Notes: generated by a model not told the origin, from the letters alone. A DNA stretch of 64,000 nt from Dehalococcoidia bacterium (GCA_963555985.3 OY820591.1:2912001-2976000), one strand, 5' to 3'. Shown: positions 20,596 to 30,963, numbered from the stretch's first letter. Translations and numbers: made by a program.

Positions 20596-20889
20596 ATGGC
20601 CCAGGCATACGAGATGATGGTGGTGCTGCACCCGGAAGTGAGCGGTGAGGGCGTGGAGGCGCGGATGGCGCAGTTGCGCGGTTTGCTCACCGAACACGGG
20701 AACAATGTGAGCGACGTGATCGATTGGGGCCGGCGGCGTCTGGCGTATCCGATTCGGCAGTCGTTTGAGGGTCACTACCTGATCGCGCACTATGAGGCGG
20801 GCGCGGCGGCGCGGCGGTCGGAGTTGGAGCAGGCGCTGTTGATCGACGAGCAGGTGCTGCGGCATCTGATTGTGCGTCGAGATCGGTAG
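20596..20889 (+). CDS. rpsF: 30S ribosomal protein S6
   Basis: YEMMVVLHP, WGRRRLAYPI, VLRHLIV. Confidence 0.96.
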   Translation: MAQAYEMMVVLHPEVSGEGVEARMAQLRGLLTEHGNNVSDVIDWGRRRLAYPIRQSFEGHYLIAHYEAGAAARRSELEQALLIDEQVLRHLIVRRDR

Positions 20890-20929
20890 GCTTGGCCGTA
20901 AGAGGGGATCGCGCACGAGCCACTGTCCG

Positions 20930-21068
20930 GTCATTCCCAGAAAGCAAGGACGCAAATGGCGCAGCCGGTCGGTATGGATTCCCGCCTTCGCGGGAATGAC
21001 GCAAATGGGGATTTTGCACAGGCCTCCCTGCGCGGGAATGACGGAGATGGGAGTTTGGCAACGGTCTC
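20930..21068. repeat. Nested REP palindromes and MITE ends
   Basis: 20974-21043 matches 56411-56480 (70 bp, 4 mismatches). Confidence 0.85.
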
Positions 21069-21095
21069 CGAGGGCGTTTGGAAGGACGGCGGGCA

Positions 21096-21527
21096 ATGGC
21101 GAGCCTGAACAAAGTCATGATCATCGGCAATCTTGGGGGCGATCCTGAGATGCGCTTCACAGCGAGCGGTCAGGCTGTGGCGAATTTCAATGTGGCCTGC
21201 AATCGCCGCTATACGACTCGTGACGGCGACCAGCGCGATGAAACCGAGTGGGTGCGGGTCGTCTGCTGGGCGCGACTGGCAGAGATTGCCGGCCAGTACT
21301 TGAGCAAGGGCCGCCAAGTCTATGTTGAGGGGCGATTGCAGACACGCCAGTGGGAAGATCGGGACGGGAACACCCGCTATACGACTGAAGTGGTCGCGCG
21401 TGAGATGCAGATGCTGGGCAGTCGCGGCGGCGGGGGCGGGGACTTTGGGGGCGACGATTTCGGGGGCGGACAACAATACGGCGGTGGCGGCGGCTATCAG
21501 GACGCCGGCGATTTGCCGTTTGAGTAG
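21096..21527 (+). CDS. ssb: Single-stranded DNA-binding protein
   Basis: [22 protein letters not shown]-terminal DLPF. Confidence 0.98.
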   Translation: MASLNKVMIIGNLGGDPEMRFTASGQAVANFNVACNRRYTTRDGDQRDETEWVRVVCWARLAEIAGQYLSKGRQVYVEGRLQTRQWEDRDGNTRYTTEVVAREMQMLGSRGGGGGDFGGDDFGGGQQYGGGGGYQDAGDLPFE

Positions 21528-21580
21528 AGACAGCCAGCAGCGAGCAAGAGGCCGCGCGAAGCGGCCGGGAGAGTGATGCG

Positions 21581-22138
21581 ATGACGACTCCAGAAGAAGT
21601 GACTGAGGCCCCTGCCGCGCCTGTGGAGGAGGCGCCAACCGCGCCTGCTCCAGAACCGGCTGCGCCGGAACCGACGCCGGTGACGCCGTTGCGGGTGACG
21701 CCGGCGCCGACCAGCGGTGAGCGGGTGCCGCAGATGATCGAGCGGACGCGGCGGCGGGGGCGTCGCCGCCGGGCGCCGGTGTTTACGCCGCAGGAAGTGA
21801 AGAGCATCGACTACAAGGATGTGGACAAGCTGAAGAAGCTGCTCTCGGATCGTGGTCGGATCGAGCCGCGCCGGAAGACGGGTCTGACGGCGAAGGATCA
21901 GCGCAAGCTGGCGCGGGAGATCAAGCGTGCGCGTCATGTGGCGCTGCTGCCGTACACGGCGGAGCACATGCGCCAGACTTCGCGGTTCCGGATGGTGTCG
22001 CGGATGGCTCAGCGGGCGCTGCGGCGGGATTATGAGCCGGTCGCGCCTGCGCCAGAGCCGGTCGCGCCGGAGGCTGATCCTGCGCCGGTGGCGGGCGAGG
22101 CGGCGCCTGTGTCCGCTGCGCCGGAAGCGGCGGAATAA
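21581..22138 (+). CDS. rpsR: 30S ribosomal protein S18 with Pro/Ala/Glu-rich extensions
   Basis: [11 protein letters not shown]...[19 protein letters not shown]. Confidence 0.95.
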   Translation: MTTPEEVTEAPAAPVEEAPTAPAPEPAAPEPTPVTPLRVTPAPTSGERVPQMIERTRRRGRRRRAPVFTPQEVKSIDYKDVDKLKKLLSDRGRIEPRRKTGLTAKDQRKLAREIKRARHVALLPYTAEHMRQTSRFRMVSRMAQRALRRDYEPVAPAPEPVAPEADPAPVAGEAAPVSAAPEAAE

Positions 22139-23440
22139 ATGGGTGAGGCGACGGGCTCGTCATTGGGGGTCGGCCTGCTTGGGCTGGGCGTGGTCGGGCG
22201 GGCGGTGTATGACGCGCTGGAGCGGAGCGCGGCGGCGTATCGAGCGCGGGCCGGGCGTGGTTTGGAGGTTCGCGCGGCGGCGGTGCGCGATGTCGCTCGG
22301 CGGGGCGATCTTGCGGCTGCGGGATTGTCGCTCTCGGACGATCCGATTGCCGTCGTGAGGCGGGATGATGTTGATCTGGTGGTGGAATTGATGGGCGGGG
22401 AGTCGCCGGCGGCGGAGTGTATTGAGGCGGCGCTGTCGGCGGGGAAGTCGGTGGTGACCGCCAATAAGGAAGTGATGGCGAAACACGGGCCGGCGCTGTT
22501 GGCGCTGGCCGAGCAGCAGGGGGCTGCGCTGCGCTATGAGGCGAGCGTGGGCGGGGGGATTCCGATCATCGGGGTGCTTCAGAGCGAGTTGCAGGCGAAT
22601 CAGATTGAGTCGGTGCGGGCGATTATCAACGGGACGACGAACTACATGATCACGGAGATGTCGAGCGGGGGCATTTCCTACGAGGATGCGCTTGCCGAGG
22701 CGCAGCGGCTGGGGTATGCGGAGGCGGATCCGACAAATGACGTGGACGGGATCGATGCGGCGTACAAGCTGGCGATTCTGGCTTCGCTGGCGTTTCGGGT
22801 TCGGGTGGCTCCTGAGGATGTGCACTGCGAGGGGATTCGGGCGTTGACGGGGCGGGACTTTGAGCACGCGCAGGCGCTTGGCTATGTGATTCGGATGCTG
22901 GCGACGGCTCGGCGGACGGCGCGGGGGCTTGATTTGCGCGTGCATCCGACGCTGATTCCGGAGGAGGATGCGATGGCGCGAGTGGACGGGGTGCTGAACG
23001 CGGTGGCGGTGACGGGCGATCTGTTGGGTTCGGTGGTGCTGGAAGGTCCCGGGGCGGGTGCCGGGGCGACGGCGAGCGCGGTGGTGGCGGACATTCTGGA
23101 GGCGGCGCGGTCAGGCGGTCAGGCGGCTGAATCGGCGCCGTTGGAGGCCGCGCCTCGTTTGGCTCCGCTGGAGGAGCTCTGTCTGCGGACGTATCTGCGG
23201 CTGGAAGTGCCGGATCGGGCGGGGGTGTTGGCGGAGCTTGGGCGTGCGTTTGCGGCGGAAGGGGTGAGTATTGCGTCGGTGCTGCAAACGCCGCATCCGG
23301 AGCGTGAGCAGTCGGCGGATCTGATCATCACGACCCATGCGAGCGAAGACGGGGCGATGGATCGGGTGTTGGCGGCGCTTGAGCAGTCGGAATCGGTGTT
23401 GGAGATCGGTGTGCGTCTGCGGATCGAGGATGCGGCATGA
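22139..23440 (+). CDS. hom: Homoserine dehydrogenase with ACT domain
   Basis: GLGVVG, VVTANK, YEASVGGGIP, GPGAG. Confidence 0.97.
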   Translation: MGEATGSSLGVGLLGLGVVGRAVYDALERSAAAYRARAGRGLEVRAAAVRDVARRGDLAAAGLSLSDDPIAVVRRDDVDLVVELMGGESPAAECIEAALSAGKSVVTANKEVMAKHGPALLALAEQQGAALRYEASVGGGIPIIGVLQSELQANQIESVRAIINGTTNYMITEMSSGGISYEDALAEAQRLGYAEADPTNDVDGIDAAYKLAILASLAFRVRVAPEDVHCEGIRALTGRDFEHAQALGYVIRMLATARRTARGLDLRVHPTLIPEEDAMARVDGVLNAVAVTGDLLGSVVLEGPGAGAGATASAVVADILEAARSGGQAAESAPLEAAPRLAPLEELCLRTYLRLEVPDRAGVLAELGRAFAAEGVSIASVLQTPHPEREQSADLIITTHASEDGAMDRVLAALEQSESVLEIGVRLRIEDAA

Positions 23441-24447
23441 GTTCGTTCCGCAATTCGGAGACCGCCGACGCGCGCTTGATGCGGCTTGAGGAGCAGTTGG
23501 CCGGGCTGCGTGATCGGATCGGCGAGCTGGTACAGCACGAGATTCGCGACGAACGCGAGATTGCGGCGCTGGATGAGCGTATCCGCGAGATTGAAGGGAA
23601 CGCGGTCAGGCTGTCGTCTCAGGTGAACTCGCTCTCGCGGGTGATGGAGGAGATTCAGACGCTGCGCGAGCGTTTGGGGCGGTTCCAGAACGCGCTTGGG
23701 GAGGGTCAGGAGCAGGTCGATGTCGGGATTCGGCGGCTGCGCCAGGAGATGGAGGCGGAGCGGGATCAACTGGGCGACGCGGATCGGCGGCTGCAATCGC
23801 TTGAGGGCGGAACCAGCGAGTTGCGGGATCGCTTGGCGACTTTTGACGATGCGCAGCGGCGCACCAATACCGAGTCGGCTGAGCTTGCGCATCGTTTGAG
23901 TCAGATCGAAAGCACGCTGGAGGCGCTAGGCGCGCGGATTTCGGCGAACGCGGACGGTATCCGTCGGGCGTTCGCGGAGAATCGGACGCTTGAATCGCGG
24001 ATCGAGGGTTTGGAGCGGCAGTCGCGGGAGTTGACCGAGCGGCTTGAGCTCTCGAATCAGAGTGTGCGGCGGGTGACGGAGAGTTCGGAGCGCTGGGATG
24101 ATCTGGCGACGAATGTGGAGGCGATGCGCTCGCGGGTTGACGACGCTCTGCGTGTGCTGGACGAGGCGAAGAGTGTGGCGGCGAGCGTTCGGCGAGGGTA
24201 TGAGGCGTTGGAGGAACGGATCGGCAATATCGAGCGTTCGGCGGAACAGCTCAGGGCGCGGGACTCGCGGCGGGAGCGTGCGGTGGCGGAGCTCGATGAC
24301 AAGATTTCGAGTCTGACCGAACTGGCGGCTGAGGATCAGGATCGTTTCATCAACTTGCAGGAGCAGATCCGGCGGCGGCAGATTGACGATCTGGAGCAGG
24401 AGATTCGGACGCTGAAGGCGTACATGCGGGTGCGCTCCGATGCCTGA
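23437..24447 (+). CDS. Long coiled-coil hypothetical protein
   Basis: Continuous E/R/L/A heptad-like sequence with no proline; overlaps hom and thrC. Confidence 0.8.
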   Translation: MSSFRNSETADARLMRLEEQLAGLRDRIGELVQHEIRDEREIAALDERIREIEGNAVRLSSQVNSLSRVMEEIQTLRERLGRFQNALGEGQEQVDVGIRRLRQEMEAERDQLGDADRRLQSLEGGTSELRDRLATFDDAQRRTNTESAELAHRLSQIESTLEALGARISANADGIRRAFAENRTLESRIEGLERQSRELTERLELSNQSVRRVTESSERWDDLATNVEAMRSRVDDALRVLDEAKSVAASVRRGYEALEERIGNIERSAEQLRARDSRRERAVAELDDKISSLTELAAEDQDRFINLQEQIRRRQIDDLEQEIRTLKAYMRVRSDA

Positions 24448-25540
24448 ACTGATTACCGCCGCCGATCCGCCCATGAGCCGGGGCGTGTTGGAGCGTTACG
24501 CGGAGTGGTTGCCGCTGACGCCGGCTACGCCGCGGATCACGCTGGGGGAGGGAGATACGCCGCTGGTGCGGGCGAAGAGTCTGGAAGCGCGTACGGGGGC
24601 GGCTGAGGCGTGGCTCAAGCTTGAGCTGTGCAATCCGACGGGATCGTTCAAGGATCGGGGGATGGTGGTAGCGGTGGCGAAGGCGCTGGAGGAGGGGGCG
24701 ACGGCGGTGCTCTGCGCTTCGACCGGGAATACGAGCGCTTCGGCGGCGGCTTATGCGGCTCGCTGCGGGTTGCAGGCGTTCGTGCTGGTGCCAGGCGGCA
24801 AGATCGCGCAGGGCAAACTGGCGCAGGCGGTGGCGTATGGAGCTCGGGTGCTTGCGATCGACGGCAATTTCGACGATGCGCTGCGGCTTGCGCAGGCGCT
24901 GACCGAGCGGCTGCCGATTGCGCTGGTCAATTCGGTGAACCCGTACCGGATCGCGGGTCAGAAGACGGCGGCGATGGAGATCGCCGACGCGCTCGGCGAT
25001 GCTCCCGATTTGCATTGCATTCCAGTGGGCAACGCCGGCAACATCACCGCGTATTGGGCCGGGTACAGCGACTATTTCCATGCGGAACGAGTAGAGCGGC
25101 GGCCGCGAATGCTTGGCGTGCAGGCTTCGGGGGCGGCTCCGCTGGTGACGGGGATGCCGGTTGCTGAACCGGAGACGATTGCGACGGCGATCCGGATCGG
25201 TAATCCAGCTTCCTGGGCTGGGGCTGTGGCTGCGCGCGACGAGTCGGATGGGGCGATCATTGCGGTGGACGACGAGGAGATTCTTGACGCCTATCGGCTG
25301 CTTGCGGCGGAAGAGGGTGTCTTCTGCGAGCCTGCGTCGGCGGCGTCGGTCGCTGGCTTGCTGGCCCAAGCCAGCGCCAATCACAGCGAATCGCTGGATG
25401 GCAAGCGGGTGGTTTGCACGATCACGGGACACGGACTCAAGGATCCGGAGCGAGCCGTGAGCGCGTTTGAGGCGGACCTGATTGAGTTGGACGCCGGCTA
25501 CGCCGAAGTCGCACGAGCGGTTGAGGAGCGGCTCCGATGA
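24440..25540 (+). CDS. thrC: Threonine synthase
   Basis: [35 protein letters not shown]. Confidence 0.97.
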   Translation: MPELITAADPPMSRGVLERYAEWLPLTPATPRITLGEGDTPLVRAKSLEARTGAAEAWLKLELCNPTGSFKDRGMVVAVAKALEEGATAVLCASTGNTSASAAAYAARCGLQAFVLVPGGKIAQGKLAQAVAYGARVLAIDGNFDDALRLAQALTERLPIALVNSVNPYRIAGQKTAAMEIADALGDAPDLHCIPVGNAGNITAYWAGYSDYFHAERVERRPRMLGVQASGAAPLVTGMPVAEPETIATAIRIGNPASWAGAVAARDESDGAIIAVDDEEILDAYRLLAAEEGVFCEPASAASVAGLLAQASANHSESLDGKRVVCTITGHGLKDPERAVSAFEADLIELDAGYAEVARAVEERLR

Positions 25541-26112
25541 GCGACCTGATCGACCTGACCCGAGCCGAAGCGGCGGTGCGTGAGCTCTTGCTCGCGTTGG
25601 GCGAAGATCCCGAGCGCGAGGGCTTGCGCGAGACACCGCGGCGAGTGGCCGCCGCCTTCGCCGAGACCTTGGGCGGACGCGAGGTCGATCTCCCGAATCT
25701 GTTGCAGGTCGGCTTCGACGAAGGCCACGACGAGATGGTGATCCTGCGCGATATTCCCTTCTTCTCCACCTGTGAACACCACCTGATGCCGTTTCACGGG
25801 ATCGCGCACGTAGCCTATGTACCGCGGGGCCGCGTGGTTGGTCTGTCCAAATTAGCGCGGCTGGTCGACGCGGTGGCGCGGCGACCGCAGCTCCAGGAAC
25901 GGCTGACGGCGCAGATCGCAGACATCATGATGTCAACGCTGGAGCCTGACGGCGCGGCAGTGGCAGTGGAAGCGGAACACCTCTGTATGCAGATGCGAGG
26001 GATCAGGAAGCCCGGTTCGCGGATGTTGACTTCAGCGATGCGGGGGACGTTCCGCACGCAGGAGGCGACGCGGGCGGAGTTTCTCTCGCTGGTGGGGACG
26101 CAACGGCTGTGA
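25537..26112 (+). CDS. folE: GTP cyclohydrolase I
   Basis: [22 protein letters not shown]. Confidence 0.97.
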   Translation: MSDLIDLTRAEAAVRELLLALGEDPEREGLRETPRRVAAAFAETLGGREVDLPNLLQVGFDEGHDEMVILRDIPFFSTCEHHLMPFHGIAHVAYVPRGRVVGLSKLARLVDAVARRPQLQERLTAQIADIMMSTLEPDGAAVAVEAEHLCMQMRGIRKPGSRMLTSAMRGTFRTQEATRAEFLSLVGTQRL

Positions 26113-27131
26113 CGTTGACGGTCGTGCAAGGCGGCTACGCAGAGTTGCGCGAGCGCTGGTCGCGGCTGGCGCGGAGCCAGCGCGCGTCCGGTGCGCCGTT
26201 CACCGCGCCTGAATTCGGGGAGGTCTGGTGGAGCGTCTTCGGTCCCACTCACTGCGGTGAGCTCGAATTGTTGGGTCTGGAAGACGGCAGGGGCGAGTTG
26301 GCGGGGATGATTCCGCTGTTGCGATGCAGCGAGGATGCGCCGGAGGGGGCTGTGTTCGGATTTGCGGGCGATCACGAAATCTCCGACTATCTCGGGCTCT
26401 CCGCAGCCGACGGGCGTGAGCGCGAGGTAGTGGCTGCGCTATTCGAGCATTTTGATCAGCGCGGCGCCGTCAGCGCCGACCTACGCGGTCTCGCGCCGGG
26501 TTCGCCCTGGCCCGAGCTGATCGCAGCCGAGGGTGCGGCTCGCGGTTGGACGGTCGAGTTGAGCGACGAAGCTGTTTGTCCGGTCGTCGATATCAGCGGT
26601 GGTTGGGAGGCCTACCTGGGGCGGTTGCGTTCGCGCGACCGGCGTGAGGTGCGGCGCAAGCTACGCGGACTGCGGCAGTTGCGGGGCGCGGTTTCCTTCG
26701 CAGCATTTGACGAACCCGCCGAGATCACGGAGCGATTGCCGCTGTTCATGGCGATGATGGCCGAGTCTCGGGGGGACAAGGCGGCGTTCCTGACTGAGCA
26801 GATGCAGGCGTTCTTCGGCGATCTGACCGAATCGCTGGCGGCGGCCGGCTGGGCCCGGATGTACCTGATGTCGATCTCGGGCGACCCTGCGGCGATGGTG
26901 TTGTGTTTTGTCGTCGGCGACGAGCTGTTGTTGTACAACAGCGGATATGATCCACGCTTCCGCGAGCTGTCGGCGGGGCTGGCGTCGAAGGTGCTCTGCA
27001 TCCGCGATGCGGTCGAACGCGGACTGACGCGCGTCAATTTCCTGCGCGGCGACGAGCCGTACAAGTTTGAGTTGGGCGGTGAGCCGGCGATCGTGCGCCG
27101 GGCCCAACTGCGCCGGAGGGAGGCATCGTGA
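26109..27131 (+). CDS. CelD/BcsL-like (Acetyltransf_6) GNAT protein
   Basis: DYLGL, WEAYL..L....[22 protein letters not shown]. Confidence 0.85.
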   Translation: MTLTVVQGGYAELRERWSRLARSQRASGAPFTAPEFGEVWWSVFGPTHCGELELLGLEDGRGELAGMIPLLRCSEDAPEGAVFGFAGDHEISDYLGLSAADGREREVVAALFEHFDQRGAVSADLRGLAPGSPWPELIAAEGAARGWTVELSDEAVCPVVDISGGWEAYLGRLRSRDRREVRRKLRGLRQLRGAVSFAAFDEPAEITERLPLFMAMMAESRGDKAAFLTEQMQAFFGDLTESLAAAGWARMYLMSISGDPAAMVLCFVVGDELLLYNSGYDPRFRELSAGLASKVLCIRDAVERGLTRVNFLRGDEPYKFELGGEPAIVRRAQLRRREAS

Positions 27132-28420
27132 AGCGTCGCCTGGCGGTGATTTCGACGCATAGCTCTCCGCTCGCCCGGGTCGGCACGACCAAAGCCGGCG
27201 GGATGAACGTGTACATCGACGAACTTTCACGCGAGCTCACGAGGCTGGGCTGGGACGTGGACATCTACACGCGCTGGGATCGGCCCGACTTGCCCGAGGT
27301 GATCGAAATTCAACCGGGCATGACGGTGTTTCACGTGAAACAGGGACCGCCCGAGCCGCTCTCGCCGATGGCGACGGCGGACTACATCGAGGAATTCACC
27401 GTCGGCGCTCGTGATCTCGCTGAATGCCACGAGCGGCGATACGACCTGGTGCATTCGCACTATTGGATCTCGGGTCTGAGCGGAGCTGCGCTCGCGCAAG
27501 GCTGGAACGCGCCGCACGCGACGATGTTCCACACTCTGGGCGCGATGAAGAATCACTACGGTCAGACGGAGCCCGAGCCGGCGGTGCGGATCGAGGGCGA
27601 GCGGCGGGTAGCAGCCTGCGCCGATGCGATTATCTGCGCGACCACGCATGAAGAGCGGTTTTTGATCGAGCATTACGGGGCGGACCCGACCCGTTTGCGT
27701 GTGGTTCCCTGTGGGATTGATCTGGGCCTCTTTGGGCCGGGGAACCGTTCCTCTGCGGAGGCAGTTCTGCGCGAGCAAGCGCCGGAATTGGGCGTTGATG
27801 ACGGCCCGGGCATTCTCTTCGTGGGTCGATTGGAACCGCTCAAGGGCGCCGACCTGCTTGTGCGGGCGCTGCCTTTGATCGACCACGAGCTCAAGCCGTC
27901 GCTCTGGATCGTCGGCGGGGACGAACGCGATCGGGGTGAGCGCGAACGGCTGCGGAGTCTGGCGCGAGCGCAGGGGGTGGATTCGCAGGTGCGATTCCTG
28001 AATGCCGCGCCGCGCTCGCTGCTGCCCGATCTCTATCGAGCAGCAGCCGTCTGTGCGATGCCGTCGTACTACGAGAGCTTTGGTCTGGTAGCGGTGGAGG
28101 CGATGGCAGTGGGTACGCCGGTGGTAGCGACGCGGGTGGGCGGACTTGCGAGTACGGTCAGCGACGGTCGGACGGGGCTACTGGTGGATGCGCGCCGGCC
28201 GGAGTCGTTTGCGGCTGCGCTCGAAGGCTTGCTGGCGGATCCCGATCTGCGCGAGCGGATGGGGACGACGGCGGCGGTGGCGATGAATCGTTTCGCCTGG
28301 CCGCGGGTGGCGGAGGGTATTCTCCGCACCTACGACGAATTGCTGCGGGCTGGAAGCTCGCGGCGGTCGCCGTGCGCAGAGGCGGAGGATGCGCTGCTTG
28401 CGGGCGCGGTTGGCCGCTGA
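27128..28420 (+). CDS. MshA-like GT4 glycosyltransferase
   Basis: HSSPL, AGGMNVY, HSHYW, HTLG, PSYYESFGLVAVEA. Confidence 0.88.
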   Translation: MKRRLAVISTHSSPLARVGTTKAGGMNVYIDELSRELTRLGWDVDIYTRWDRPDLPEVIEIQPGMTVFHVKQGPPEPLSPMATADYIEEFTVGARDLAECHERRYDLVHSHYWISGLSGAALAQGWNAPHATMFHTLGAMKNHYGQTEPEPAVRIEGERRVAACADAIICATTHEERFLIEHYGADPTRLRVVPCGIDLGLFGPGNRSSAEAVLREQAPELGVDDGPGILFVGRLEPLKGADLLVRALPLIDHELKPSLWIVGGDERDRGERERLRSLARAQGVDSQVRFLNAAPRSLLPDLYRAAAVCAMPSYYESFGLVAVEAMAVGTPVVATRVGGLASTVSDGRTGLLVDARRPESFAAALEGLLADPDLRERMGTTAAVAMNRFAWPRVAEGILRTYDELLRAGSSRRSPCAEAEDALLAGAVGR

Positions 28421-28458
28421 CGGCCGGCGGCGTTCGATTCAGGGTGAGAGGACGAGCG

Positions 28459-29247
28459 ATGGCCGAATCCGAGGCGGCGGAGGCTCGTCGGGCGCTGGTG
28501 GTGATGGCTCATCCCGACGACATCGAGTTCACCTGCGGCGGTACGGTCGCTCAGCTTGCCGATGACGGTTGGGAGGTCACGTTCTGCCTAGTCACGAGCG
28601 GGGATAAGGGCACCAAGGATCCAGCGTTGGGTCCTGCCGATCTTGGGGCGGTGCGGGAGGCCGAGCAGGAAGCGGCGGCGGCTGAACTGGGTGTGCAGCG
28701 CTGTATTTTTCTGCGCGTGCCGGACGGAGCGGTTGAGGACAGTCCCGAATTTCGGAGCACGCTCGTGCGGGTGCTGCGTGAGGTGCGGCCTGAGATTCTG
28801 ATCACGTGGGACGGATATCGGGGTTTCAATCACCGCGATCATCGGACGGTGGGGATCGCCTCGCTCGATGCCGCCTTCCCGCTGGCGCGGAACGCCAACA
28901 GCTATGCCGAACACGTTGCGCAGGGGCTAGAGCCGCATCGGGTGAATACGGTCTTGCTGGCGGGGAGCCGTGAGCCGAACTTCTACGTTGACGTGCGAGA
29001 TCAGCTCGAGCGCCGGATCGATGCGCTGCTGCATCATGCGTCGCAGGTACAGGCGGCGAATCGTGAGGAAATGGCGAAACGGATGCGTCAGCGTCAGCAG
29101 CAGGCGGCGCGGGAGGGGCGTGTACCGTGGGCGGAGGGGTTCCGACGGATGCTGTTCGGGGAGGCCCGAGCTCCGCGTCGGTCGGTAGCGCTGGTAGAGG
29201 AGCGCAAGGCTGCTGAAAAGGCGGCGGCCGCGGCAGAGGAGGGCTGA
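28459..29247 (+). CDS. PIG-L/LmbE (MshB/Mca-like) deacetylase
   Basis: AHPDD, TSGDKG, HRDH, HASQ. Confidence 0.9.
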   Translation: MAESEAAEARRALVVMAHPDDIEFTCGGTVAQLADDGWEVTFCLVTSGDKGTKDPALGPADLGAVREAEQEAAAAELGVQRCIFLRVPDGAVEDSPEFRSTLVRVLREVRPEILITWDGYRGFNHRDHRTVGIASLDAAFPLARNANSYAEHVAQGLEPHRVNTVLLAGSREPNFYVDVRDQLERRIDALLHHASQVQAANREEMAKRMRQRQQQAAREGRVPWAEGFRRMLFGEARAPRRSVALVEERKAAEKAAAAAEEG

Positions 29248-29248
29248 G

Positions 29249-30175
29249 GTGGAGGACGGGGCGCTGTTCCTGCTCTGGGCGAGCTTTGCGGCGGCGATCT
29301 GCGCGGCGGTGGTGTACATCCTCTATGCGGCGCAGCCTCGGCTGACGCGGGCGTTTGCGTTCAATCGCGCGGCTGCCACCGATCCGGCGACCGTTTCGGG
29401 CGTTGCGCTCAGTGTGTCTCCGCTGCGATCGCCGACGCTGGGCGGGATGGCGACGCTGAGCGTTTGGACAGCGGCGACATTGGGGATCGTTGGCTTGGTC
29501 TTGCGGAGTGTCGCTCTGCAACACGCGCCGTACAGCAATCTGTTCGAGTTCTCGATGGCGTTCGGGATCGCGATTGTGCTGCTCTACGCGATCTTTGAGA
29601 TGCGGTTTGGGACGCGGTTGGCGGGGACGTTCGTGCTGCCGGTCGCTTGCGGCTTGTACGGGAGCGCGCTGGCGTTTCCCAGCGAGGGACAGGATGTGTT
29701 GGTGCCGGCGTTGCAGAGTCCGACGCTGCTGACGATTCATGTGGCGCTGATGATTCTCTCCTATGCGGTGCTGGCGGTCGCGTTTGGGGCGTCGGTGATG
29801 CATTTGGCTCAGGGTTGGCCCGATCGAGTGGCGAAGGCGGGTGGGCGGTTCGAGTTTCTGCCCTCGGCGGAGCGGTGCGACCAACTGACTTACCGCGCCG
29901 TCCTGATTGGGTTTCCGCTGCTGGCTGGGGGGGTTGCGCTGGGGGCGTTCTGGGCGAATGACGCCTGGGGGCGGTATTGGGGTTGGGATCCGAAGGAGAC
30001 GGCGGCGCTGGTGACGTGGCTGATTTTCGCTGTGTACATCCATGGTCGAGGGCTGCGGCAATTGCGGGGGGCGCGCAAGGCGTGGATCGTGGTGGCGGGC
30101 TTTGCGGCGGTGCTGTTTACCTATTTGGGTGTGAATCTCTGGATCAGCGGCTTGCACTCCTACGCAGGGGTCTGA
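29249..30175 (+). CDS. ccsA: System II cytochrome c synthase, CcsA/ResC type
   Basis: WWD motif WANDAWGRYWGWDPKET, PALQS, GLHSY, multiple TM helices. Confidence 0.93.
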   Translation: MEDGALFLLWASFAAAICAAVVYILYAAQPRLTRAFAFNRAAATDPATVSGVALSVSPLRSPTLGGMATLSVWTAATLGIVGLVLRSVALQHAPYSNLFEFSMAFGIAIVLLYAIFEMRFGTRLAGTFVLPVACGLYGSALAFPSEGQDVLVPALQSPTLLTIHVALMILSYAVLAVAFGASVMHLAQGWPDRVAKAGGRFEFLPSAERCDQLTYRAVLIGFPLLAGGVALGAFWANDAWGRYWGWDPKETAALVTWLIFAVYIHGRGLRQLRGARKAWIVVAGFAAVLFTYLGVNLWISGLHSYAGV

Positions 30176-30245
30176 ACGGGCTGATCTGATAGGTGGGCGA
30201 CAGAGCGCCTGCATGGATTCTCCGTCCGAAGATCGCCCGTTTGAC

Positions 30246-30275
30246 TTGCCAATGCGTGAGCGGGTGGGATACGAT
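30246..30275 (+). promoter_or_regulatory. Putative sigma70 promoter of the str operon
   Basis: TTGCCA-18 nt-TACGAT about 190 nt upstream of rpsL. Confidence 0.6.
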
Positions 30276-30465
30276 AGCTCCCTGTACGCGCTGGATTCGG
30301 TGAGCGTTGACCGCCGCCGTTTCGGGACGCGAGGGGTCGAAGCCGACGGCAGGCTGATGACCACCGGCAGACTCGCGCAGGCGACTTGTTTGCCTGTTGC
30401 GGACGGTCGGCGAGGATCAGCCAACGGCTTTGACCCCGTTGTTGTGGCAGTAAGGGAGCCGCATC

Positions 30466-30903
30466 ATGCCGACGATCAACCAGCTCGCCCGCAAGGGCCG
30501 CAAGAAGTCGCGCAAGAAGGCGAAGGCTCCGGCGCTGCGTTTCCGCTACAACGCGCTGACCAATCGCACGACCCAGGACACCGGCTCTCCGCAGAAGCGG
30601 GGCGTCTGCACGGCGGTGCGAACCGTCACCCCGAAGAAGCCGAACTCGGCGCTGCGCAAGGTTTGCCGCGTGCGGCTGACCAACGGGATCGAAGTGACGG
30701 CCTACATCCCCGGTGAGGGGCACACGTTGCAGGAGCACTCGATCGTGCTCGTGCGGGGCGGTCGGGTGCGCGACTTGCCCGGTGTGCGTTATCAGGTCGT
30801 ACGCGGCGCGCTGGATGCGCTCGGCGTAGCGGAGCGCCGTCGCGGACGTTCCAAGTACGGCACCCGCAAGACAGCTGGACTGCAAACTGCGGCCACCCAC
30901 TAA
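30466..30903 (+). CDS. rpsL: 30S ribosomal protein S12
   Basis: [24 protein letters not shown]. Confidence 0.99.
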   Translation: MPTINQLARKGRKKSRKKAKAPALRFRYNALTNRTTQDTGSPQKRGVCTAVRTVTPKKPNSALRKVCRVRLTNGIEVTAYIPGEGHTLQEHSIVLVRGGRVRDLPGVRYQVVRGALDALGVAERRRGRSKYGTRKTAGLQTAATH

Positions 30904-30963
30904 CGGGTGGCCGTCCTACTGTTCCGCGCCTGATCGGTTCGGAACGAGAGACGGATACAAAGC

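Noticed and set aside
18642-20705. 687-aa minus-strand ORF
   Set aside because: Antisense shadow of glyA plus repeats, with no motifs
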